29,694 bases of DNA, from assembly GCA_947177695.1 (NCBI GenBank), contig CAMWVO010000001.1, positions 1 to 29,694 on the forward strand, written 5' to 3'. Origin of the DNA: an uncultured Clostridia bacterium (GTDB taxonomy: Bacteria > Bacillota > Clostridia > Oscillospirales > Ruminococcaceae). This document shows, piece after piece, positions 18,455 to 25,897 of the stretch. The notes beneath the pieces are model-generated. The model did not search any database, was not told where the DNA came from, and saw nothing but the letters and a program-made list of their open reading frames with translations. Position 1 is the stretch's first letter. Every line of letters starts with the position of its first letter. A program made the translations under genes and the position numbers.

Positions 18455-18483
18455 TTGCAAAATTCATTTTTTTTTTGTATAAT
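18455..18483 (+). promoter_or_regulatory. sigma-A-type promoter of the PilZ-ParA-ComFB operon, with T10 tract in the spacer
   Basis: TTGCAA (18455-18460), 17-nt spacer containing T10 (18467-18476), TATAAT (18478-18483). Confidence 0.8.
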
Positions 18484-18524
18484 TAATAGTGATTGAAAAT
18501 ATACGGCTAAGGGGATACCTTCAT

Positions 18525-19190
18525 ATGATAAACAAGGATAAAATAAACAGAGTTCTGGTCTATAATCAGCGGGGAAGAATGCTGCTGTCTGCAAAGTCGG
18601 TTTCTTTCCCAAAGGACTTCTTCAAGATCAAGGGCATGGATCTCGTCATGCTTAAGGGAACGGATTTCCCTCTTATTTCCAAGGGAGAGCCTGTGGAAGC
18701 TATTTTTGAGTACCTGAACGGCGACCGCATAAAGTACAATACGGTTATCGACATCTGCACGGAATACCAGATAAACTTCCATGTGGGCGAGGGCGAGGTG
18801 CTGAAGGAGCGCAGAAGAAGCTTCAAGGTAATGGTGGATATGAGCGGCATTTCTCCCTTCTACATAAGGGGCGAGGAAATGTTCGCATTTGACGACCCCA
18901 TTGAGCTGCACATCATCAACCTGAATCTGGGCGGAGTTTTCTTTTCGTCAAATTCGGGATTTGAGGTGGGCGACCAGGTAATGCTCAATTTCCTTGACGG
19001 CGAAATGAAGCTGCTGACCGAGATACTCAGGATACAGCGGAACGATAACGGCGAAATAGAGGGCTATGGCTGCCGTTTCCTTGACGTGAACCAGTCTCAG
19101 GAGGAACGTCTGGCAAGGTTCATATTTGACTGTCAGGTTCTGGAAAGAGACCGCAGGCGCGCACTTGAGGCAAAGGCGAAAAAAGTGTAG
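18525..19190 (+). CDS. PilZ-domain protein (N-terminal domain + C-terminal PilZ)
   Basis: ERRRSFKV...INLNLGGVFF...VGDQVMLNF...EILRIQ...YGCRFLDVNQSQEERLARFIFDCQ. SD AAGGGG before ATG 18525. Confidence 0.88.
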   Translation: MINKDKINRVLVYNQRGRMLLSAKSVSFPKDFFKIKGMDLVMLKGTDFPLISKGEPVEAIFEYLNGDRIKYNTVIDICTEYQINFHVGEGEVLKERRRSFKVMVDMSGISPFYIRGEEMFAFDDPIELHIINLNLGGVFFSSNSGFEVGDQVMLNFLDGEMKLLTEILRIQRNDNGEIEGYGCRFLDVNQSQEERLARFIFDCQVLERDRRRALEAKAKKV

Positions 19191-19203
19191 AAAGCGGATA
19201 ATT

Positions 19204-19998
19204 ATGGCTACTGTTATTGTTGTTACAAATCAAAAGGGCGGAGTGGGAAAAACTACTACCTGCGCCGCTCTGGCGGGCATTTTCCGCAGCGAGGACAAGC
19301 GCGTTCTCTGCATTGATATGGATCCGCAGGGAAATCTTTCCTTTTCCCTGGGAGCGGAAGATGACGGCTATACCATACACGACGTTATGACGGGCGCGTG
19401 CGATATAAGGGAGGCTGTAAAGACCACCCACATATGCGACGTTATAACGTCAAATATTCTGCTTTCGGGAAGCGAGCTGGAGCTTACCTCCGAGCGCAGG
19501 GAGTTCATCTTAAAGGACATTCTGAAAATAATCAGATACAGCTACGACTATATTATCATAGACACTCCCCCCGCGCTGTCCATACTGACGATAAACGCCT
19601 ATACCGCGGCGGACGACCTTATTATCCCCATGACCCCCGAGATACTGTCGCTTCAGGGTATCGCCCAGCTTAAAGAGACTATCACTGCGGTAAAGAAGTA
19701 CTACAACAAGCGGCTTAATGTCCGCGGGATACTGCTGACGAAATACGTCAAGAAGCAGACCCTTGCCGAAGAGGTTGCGGAAATGGTGGAGATAGTAGCC
19801 GAGCAGCTTAAAACTCAGGTGCTGGACGTGAAGATCTCCGTTTCGGTGGCGGCGGCTGAGGCTCCCGCACATCAGGAGGTACTGACCACATATTCCCCCG
19901 GCTGCAAGGCGGCTAAGGACTACATCAAACTAGCGAAGCTTCTGTATCCCGAAGCTTTCGACGAGGAACGAACGGTAATTGGTTTTAAAAGAAAATAA
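19204..19998 (+). CDS. Orphan ParA/Soj-family ATPase
   Basis: Deviant Walker A NQKGGVGKTTT, DMDPQGN, YDYIIIDTPP, EAP; 264 aa; no adjacent parB. Start taken as ATG 19204. Confidence 0.93.
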   Translation: MATVIVVTNQKGGVGKTTTCAALAGIFRSEDKRVLCIDMDPQGNLSFSLGAEDDGYTIHDVMTGACDIREAVKTTHICDVITSNILLSGSELELTSERREFILKDILKIIRYSYDYIIIDTPPALSILTINAYTAADDLIIPMTPEILSLQGIAQLKETITAVKKYYNKRLNVRGILLTKYVKKQTLAEEVAEMVEIVAEQLKTQVLDVKISVSVAAAEAPAHQEVLTTYSPGCKAAKDYIKLAKLLYPEAFDEERTVIGFKRK

Positions 19999-20023
19999 AA
20001 CTGAATTGAAAGGATCCTGAAAT

Positions 20024-20557
20024 ATGGCGGGAAAGTCTGCAAGGACTGCAAAAAATACAAAAGCCGAAAAAGACGAAAAGGTCGAAGCCGAGAACACGGA
20101 AAAGACCGAAAGACCTAAAAAAACCGCTAAGACGGGCAAAGCGTCCGGGAATGCGAGATCCAATAAGACGGACGCGGTAATGCGGCTGCTGACCGGCGGC
20201 AAAAAGACCGCTCCCAACCCTATTCTGGACAGCAGTTTCAAGGTGGAAAGGATCACGTCGAAAAGCGTCCGCAAGGGCGCGAACGGCGCGGAGATAGACA
20301 TTACGGGCGAGCTTGTGACCGAGCTTCTGCCGCAGGTGCTGGAAAGGTTCAACTGCTGCCGCTGCGCGGTGTGCTACGCCGAAGCTATGGCGGACGCTGT
20401 GGACGCCGTTCCCACGCTGAAAATAAGGGTCAACGGCAAGGACGACCTGAGACGCGCCGACAGAATGAAAATGCAGAGCCGCCGCGAAGTACTCTGCACG
20501 CTGATAAGGCTTGCGATACAGCGGAGGCGTTTTCCCAGACACAATGTCGGCAACTGA
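20024..20557 (+). CDS. ComFB-domain protein with K/E-rich disordered N-terminus
   Basis: C-terminal ~85 aa ELVTELLPQVLERFNCCRCAVCYAEAMADAVDAVP...FPRH carries the CxCxxC and terminal PRH pattern of ComFB/CdgR. SD GAAAGGA. Confidence 0.75.
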   Translation: MAGKSARTAKNTKAEKDEKVEAENTEKTERPKKTAKTGKASGNARSNKTDAVMRLLTGGKKTAPNPILDSSFKVERITSKSVRKGANGAEIDITGELVTELLPQVLERFNCCRCAVCYAEAMADAVDAVPTLKIRVNGKDDLRRADRMKMQSRREVLCTLIRLAIQRRRFPRHNVGN

Positions 20558-20576
20558 ATATCCGAATACTTAGGGA

Positions 20577-20623
20577 CGGTATCCTGGGGACATGGCGGCA
20601 TATCCCCGGATATCGTTTTGTTT
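20577..20623 (+). terminator. Intrinsic terminator closing the PilZ-ParA-ComFB operon
   Basis: CGGTATCCTGGGGA...TCCCCGGATATCG hairpin followed by TTTTGTTT. Confidence 0.7.
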
Positions 20624-20634
20624 AGGGTGATACT

Positions 20635-21309
20635 GTGAGATACAAGAATATTGCTGAGGGACGGTTTGTTTCCCGTCCAAACAGATTTGTGGCGCACGTT
20701 GAGATCGGCGGAAAGACCGAGGTGTGCCACGTCAAGAACACGGGACGGTGCAGGGAGCTTCTGACAGAGGGCGCGCAGGTCTGGCTGGAAAAGGCGGAGC
20801 CGTCCGCAAAGCGAAAGACCATGTACGACCTTGTTGCCGTCCGAAAAGGGGACAGGCTCATCAACATGGACAGCGGCGCGCCGAACACTGCGGCGGGAGA
20901 GTTCCTGCCGACAATTTTTCCCGGCGGGACGATAAGACCGGAGTACAGCTGCGGGAACTCGCGGTTCGATTTTTATATAGAGCAGGACGGCAGGAAAATT
21001 CTGCTTGAGGTAAAGGGCGTTACCCTTGAAGAGGACGGAATAGTCAGGTTTCCCGACGCTCCCACCGAGCGGGGCGTGAAGCATATAAACGAGCTGTCAA
21101 GGTGTCTTGACGAGGGCTTTGAGACGTATCTGCTGTTCGTGATCCAAATGGCGGACGTGCGGTACTTTACGCCCAACGACGCAACTCACCCGGAGTTCGG
21201 ACAGGCATTAAGGCTTGCGGCTGAGCGTGGAGTAAGGCTGATGGCTTACGACTGTAAGGTAACACCCGACAGCATGAAAATAAGGAATAAGGTGGAGATA
21301 AGGCTATGA
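20635..21309 (+). CDS. sfsA: DNA/RNA nuclease SfsA
   Basis: RPNRFVAHV, HVKNTGRCRELL, SRFDF, EVKGVTL, FPDAPTERGVKHINEL, LFVIQM, PEFGQAL. Confidence 0.95.
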   Translation: MRYKNIAEGRFVSRPNRFVAHVEIGGKTEVCHVKNTGRCRELLTEGAQVWLEKAEPSAKRKTMYDLVAVRKGDRLINMDSGAPNTAAGEFLPTIFPGGTIRPEYSCGNSRFDFYIEQDGRKILLEVKGVTLEEDGIVRFPDAPTERGVKHINELSRCLDEGFETYLLFVIQMADVRYFTPNDATHPEFGQALRLAAERGVRLMAYDCKVTPDSMKIRNKVEIRL

Positions 21310-21479
21310 GCGAATGTGAAAGCTGTGTAAACTATGTTTACGACGAGGACTGGGAGCAGTACGTCTGCGCCGCCGATCTTGACGAGGACGAAATGGGAAG
21401 ATTTCTCAGCGGAGGCAGCAGCGAATGCCACTGGTACCGCCTTGACGACGAGTACGGCGTGGTCAGGAAGCAAATGTGA
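21306..21479 (+). CDS. Small acidic Cys-rich protein, DUF6472-like (57 aa, absent from the ORF track)
   Basis: MSECESCVNYVYDEDWEQYVCAADLDEDEMGRFLSGGSSECHWYRLDDEYGVVRKQM*. ATGA overlap with the sfsA stop; SD GGAG at ~21294. Confidence 0.85.
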   Translation: MSECESCVNYVYDEDWEQYVCAADLDEDEMGRFLSGGSSECHWYRLDDEYGVVRKQM

Positions 21480-21545
21480 TCGGATTTTATACAAAATATT
21501 GATGATCGGTGTGTAAATTTGTGCAAATTTGCCGATATAAATTCC

Positions 21546-21574
21546 TTTACTTTTTTTTGAAAATATGGTATTAT
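21546..21574 (+). promoter_or_regulatory. Promoter of the FN3 gene, T8 run at the -35/spacer junction
   Basis: TTTACT (21546-21551), 17-nt spacer, TGgTATTAT (extended -10, 21566-21574). Confidence 0.6.
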
Positions 21575-21647
21575 TATAACAATGGCTAAGTGTCTTTAAA
21601 AATAACAAGACGGACGGATAACGTCCCGCTATATATGGAGGGTATCT

Positions 21648-24600
21648 ATGCTGGATTTTAATACCAAAAAGGAAATGCTTCGGCGCTTAAAGGCGCGGCG
21701 GAGCAAGAACAAGCTGATGTGGCTCCCGTGTGTGACAGCCGAGATATTTATAAAACTGTGGTACGCTTTCCTGTGCCGCGCAGACCTTGCGCTGTCCGAT
21801 AAAAACGGAAACTTCCTCGGCGTAAAGCAGCCGAGCGAAAAGGTCAGGACCCGCAGACAGGACGATATAGTTTATGTCAAGAGACCGTTCTGGGGCAGGA
21901 TAATGTCCGCTGTTCTGGCTGCTGCCTTTGTGATGATGTTCGTTCCCGAGCTGGGTATAAGCTTCGAGGTCGCGGCGGCTATCACGGCGACTACCACGGT
22001 AGAAGGCGTGGACTACGTTTACGACCCCAATTCGGGCGGCAACGACAATTACTACAGAAAAGACGAGTTTGATTCCGCGTCTGCGCGCGTTATTGACGCG
22101 AGCCTTATAAACTACGACGTGGCATACGGCTCGGTGAGAGTTACCTGGTCTCTCGGTTCTCTCGACCGTGAACTGATCGACACGGTACATATTGAACTTG
22201 TTGATACGGCGTCGGGCCGAGTGCTCAATGAAAACAACGTCAGAAAAGACGCTTCCGAATGGGTATTCACCGATATAGGATCGACGACAGGCGTCAGAGT
22301 GCGTCTTGCACCCACAACGCTTATCGACAGATATAAATATACTCCCAAAGATCCTGACGATCCGGATTCAAGCGCAAGAATTTCTCTGGAGCAAAAGGAC
22401 GGCTTTGCCGTAGACGGTCAGGCGTCCATAAAGGATATAGGCAGGCTTGACGCTACGTTTGACCCGCCAGTGCTGAAGATCGTTAATGAAAACGGTGTGG
22501 AGATCGATGACTGCAGCATTATCGACTGCAACAGCGGAAAGGTAATGCTCACCTGGTCCGAGGTGCTTCAGAAAGGCGGAAATTCAAGCGATCTGAATAC
22601 TCCCGCAGAGGGATATGTGGTTTACAGGTACGATGTGACCAACAAGCGATATGATTCTCCGATGGACGTGGGTCATACGCTTGAATATGCGGTCAACAAC
22701 GTAACGCCCGGTTCGCGCTATCAGTACTTCATAGAGGCGTACAGAAACGTCTGGGGCAATACCGGTTATAACGAAAACAATGTGGGCATTATTTCCAGCA
22801 GTAAGGATCAGATCAAATCCAACAGCGAGACAAAGATGAACGTTATTTACTCCAGAGTGTTCAGAAATCTGTACATTGCTCCCGCTGCGCCCAATCTGGC
22901 TGTTGACGACGGAAATCCGAAAGCAAAATCCATCAAGCTGTCCTGGTCTCCTGCGGTAGGCGATTACGACGGCGTTGAGATATACCGCTCGGTCGGTGAG
23001 ATAGACCCGAAAACAATTCCCGAGGTTGCAAACGGAACAACAACTTTCTCCGACTGGCTCAAAACTCAGTCGGCAAGTCCGGGAGACGCCTATAAGGATT
23101 TCAAGATCACGGGCGTCGGCAAGTCTGACTTTGAAAAGGCAATAAGAAATATTGACGATACGACCAATATCGCCGAGGGCGTTCAGTATTATTACTATGC
23201 GATCGCCTATACGAGAAAAGACAACCAGGCGAAAATCTACAGCACACCTACTATCCGCGCGGCTAAGCTGGAGCTTAAGATCAGCAGAACGGCGCTGGCG
23301 ATCGTCAACAGCGACGGCAGAGTGGACGTTTCATGGACGGCTGTTGAGGGTGCGGACGGCTACCAGCTGGAGATCACTCAGAGATCAAGATACAACCCGA
23401 TTACAAAGAAGGTCGAGACGCTTAATCCGCCGGAGATAATTGACACAAGAGATATCGAAAACGGAACGACTTTCGCTCATACGGAGCTTTACAACGGTGA
23501 GCAGTACACTTACCGCGTAAGACCTTATGTTATGATCGAAACAAGCACAGGCGAAAGACCGTACTACGGCGAATGGTGCGACCCGCGCAACGTAACTGTC
23601 GGTCTGGGACTGGATACGCCAGAAAATGTTGTTGCCGACGGCAGCAAGGACGGTCAGATAACCGTTAAGTGGGACGCTGTTCCCGGTGCGACAGGCTATA
23701 CACTGTACTATAAGAATAAGAACACCGGCGCGTCCGGAACTTTCAAGACAACAAAAACTACCTACACTCAGACAAATCTTGTAAACGAACACGTTCTTGA
23801 ATATTACGTTGTAGCTTACAAAAATGTAAACGTCAACGGCAGCGACGGCGTTCAGGTGATCGAGAGCGACCCCTCGGGCATTGTTACCGTTAAAGTCGGC
23901 AAGGCTCTCACTACGCCGCAGGATCTTAAAGCCGTGACGACCGACGGAACTATCACAGTTACATGGGCTGCCGTAAACGGCGCGGAGGGCTATCTGCTCC
24001 ACTACAAATACATCAAAAAGAACGGAACCTCCACAAACTATACCGATGAGACCGTTTTTGACGTGACAAAGCCCAATTATGTTCATTCGGGACTTAACAA
24101 CGGCGACAGATACACATATTATGTAGAGGCTTATAAGGAAGTAAGCGGCGAAAGAGTGTTCAGCCCGAAATCCGATGAGGCTTGGGCTATTGTCGGCGTG
24201 CCTCTCGATGCTCCCAAGGACTTCTCGGGAACGACCAAGGACGGTATCGTGGATCTTAAGTGGACCGCGGTAAAGGGCGCAGAGGGCTATATCCTTTACT
24301 TCCGCAAAAACGGCGGAGCGTGGGAAGAGGTCGATATAAGCAAGACGAGCTTCCAGCACGCGGGTCTCAATAACGGCGACAGATACGAATACTACGTAGT
24401 GGCTTATAAGACCGTAAACGGTGAAAGAATTTTCAGCTCAGGCGAGTCAAACCACCTTAACTTTACGATAGGCGACGAGCTGGAGTCTCCCAAGGATTTC
24501 AACGCGGTGACAACCGATGGTCAGGTATCCCTGACATGGACAGCCGTTAAGGGCGCGGAGGGTTATATCGTCTACGCTTACGGCGGCGGACGCTCCTATC

Positions 24601-25724
24601 AGTTCGATGTGAGCAAGCCCAATTATGTTCACACGGGTCTTTTAAACGGAGACAGCTGGACATATTACGTTGTTGCCTATAAGACCGTAAACGGCACAAG
24701 AGTTTACAGCAGTCCCACAAGATCGGTGACCGTTACCGCAGGCGTTTCGCTTAATTCGGTAATAGACCTTGTCGCTACAGCGGGCAACCGTCAGATCGAC
24801 CTGAACTGGACAGCCGTCAAGGGCGCGGAGGGATACGTTGTTTATCTCTATAATACCAGAACAATGGAATTTGAACCGATAACCGTTATAAGCGGCACCA
24901 AATTTTCCCATACCGGTCTGAAAAACGGTCAGAAGTATACCTATATGGTAGCTCCCTATAAGACCATAAACGGCGAAAGATTTTACGGCGAGTACTCCAT
25001 GTCGGTTTCGGCAACTCCCTCCACGGGTTCGCTGACCGATATCGACAGCAATCTCAACGTCAAGGGTACAACGCCTTACGGCATTTCTCACAGCGAGTAC
25101 ATTACCGCAAGCGCAAACCACGCCGCTTTTGACGAGTCGGTAGACGTTTACTTCACTACAAACAGAGAGTCCACCGACGCTGTAAAGGACGTGCTCAAGA
25201 ATTACGCAGATGGATTGAACAGCTTTATAATCTATCCCTTTGATATCAGTATCTACAGGGAGGGTACAAAGATCGAGGTCGATCCCAACAGCGGCTTCAG
25301 CGTGACGGTAACAATGCCGATACCCGACAGGCTTATCGCTTACCGCGACTATATCACGGTGGTACATATCGGCGACGGAATGGATGAGACAGAGGAGATC
25401 AGAGCCGATTCCGCAGAGGATTGGATCCGTACTGCGGATACCGCTCTCGAGGTACTGCCCAGCGCAGTTGTGGATATAGACAACGTATGGTGTATCCAGT
25501 TTGTCTGCACAAGCTTTTCGCCTTACGCCTTTGTAATCTACAAGGAGCATATCCTTGACGTTTCCGCGGGCGGAGGAGTTATCAACGGCGACTTTGCGGG
25601 TACCTTTAATTCGGGAGTGCTGCTCTTTACCGCGCTGCCCGACATCATGCCGCACAACAAAAAGCTTAAGATCGTACAGAGCGGCAAAAAAAGATACCGC
25701 ATAAAGAACGTTGAAAAAAGATAA
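21648..25724 (+). CDS. Large secreted fibronectin type III repeat protein (adhesin-like), 1358 aa
   Basis: SD GGAGGG; about 8-9 FN3 units (W.AV.GAEGY...HTGL.NG..Y.YYVVAYK); C-terminal FDISI...VTVTMP...VVHI...TSFSPYAFV domain. Confidence 0.9.
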   Translation: MLDFNTKKEMLRRLKARRSKNKLMWLPCVTAEIFIKLWYAFLCRADLALSDKNGNFLGVKQPSEKVRTRRQDDIVYVKRPFWGRIMSAVLAAAFVMMFVPELGISFEVAAAITATTTVEGVDYVYDPNSGGNDNYYRKDEFDSASARVIDASLINYDVAYGSVRVTWSLGSLDRELIDTVHIELVDTASGRVLNENNVRKDASEWVFTDIGSTTGVRVRLAPTTLIDRYKYTPKDPDDPDSSARISLEQKDGFAVDGQASIKDIGRLDATFDPPVLKIVNENGVEIDDCSIIDCNSGKVMLTWSEVLQKGGNSSDLNTPAEGYVVYRYDVTNKRYDSPMDVGHTLEYAVNNVTPGSRYQYFIEAYRNVWGNTGYNENNVGIISSSKDQIKSNSETKMNVIYSRVFRNLYIAPAAPNLAVDDGNPKAKSIKLSWSPAVGDYDGVEIYRSVGEIDPKTIPEVANGTTTFSDWLKTQSASPGDAYKDFKITGVGKSDFEKAIRNIDDTTNIAEGVQYYYYAIAYTRKDNQAKIYSTPTIRAAKLELKISRTALAIVNSDGRVDVSWTAVEGADGYQLEITQRSRYNPITKKVETLNPPEIIDTRDIENGTTFAHTELYNGEQYTYRVRPYVMIETSTGERPYYGEWCDPRNVTVGLGLDTPENVVADGSKDGQITVKWDAVPGATGYTLYYKNKNTGASGTFKTTKTTYTQTNLVNEHVLEYYVVAYKNVNVNGSDGVQVIESDPSGIVTVKVGKALTTPQDLKAVTTDGTITVTWAAVNGAEGYLLHYKYIKKNGTSTNYTDETVFDVTKPNYVHSGLNNGDRYTYYVEAYKEVSGERVFSPKSDEAWAIVGVPLDAPKDFSGTTKDGIVDLKWTAVKGAEGYILYFRKNGGAWEEVDISKTSFQHAGLNNGDRYEYYVVAYKTVNGERIFSSGESNHLNFTIGDELESPKDFNAVTTDGQVSLTWTAVKGAEGYIVYAYGGGRSYQFDVSKPNYVHTGLLNGDSWTYYVVAYKTVNGTRVYSSPTRSVTVTAGVSLNSVIDLVATAGNRQIDLNWTAVKGAEGYVVYLYNTRTMEFEPITVISGTKFSHTGLKNGQKYTYMVAPYKTINGERFYGEYSMSVSATPSTGSLTDIDSNLNVKGTTPYGISHSEYITASANHAAFDESVDVYFTTNRESTDAVKDVLKNYADGLNSFIIYPFDISIYREGTKIEVDPNSGFSVTVTMPIPDRLIAYRDYITVVHIGDGMDETEEIRADSAEDWIRTADTALEVLPSAVVDIDNVWCIQFVCTSFSPYAFVIYKEHILDVSAGGGVINGDFAGTFNSGVLLFTALPDIMPHNKKLKIVQSGKKRYRIKNVEKR
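23300..25020 (+). repeat. Intragenic FN3 repeats, six consecutive related units
   Basis: Recurring DNA blocks such as AAGGGCGC(A/G)GAGGG, AAGACCGTAAACGG and AAGCCCAATTATGTTCA. Confidence 0.8.
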
Positions 25725-25779
25725 GTCCGCGGCTCGGTGCAAATACTTTTGGGACGCAGACGTCATCAGTTGAATATTC

Positions 25780-25819
25780 AAACAGCCGAAAGCATTTCAT
25801 TGTGCTTTCGGCTGTTTTT
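25780..25819. terminator. Intrinsic terminator between the convergent FN3 and GGDEF genes
   Basis: AAACAGCCGAAAGCA-tttcattg-TGCTTTCGGCTGTTT then TT; 15-bp perfect stem. Confidence 0.85.
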
Positions 25820-25897
25820 ATTGCATAGTTTGACCCCCGGTCATACCGAGGGGTCAAACGCTTAGTTCCCTGCAAAATAAGCTTGGCTTAAAATGAT

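Noticed and set aside
19204-19998. ParA as the chromosomal soj/parAB locus or a plasmid partition cassette
   Set aside because: No parB, parS-like palindrome, replication or oriC-region genes nearby.
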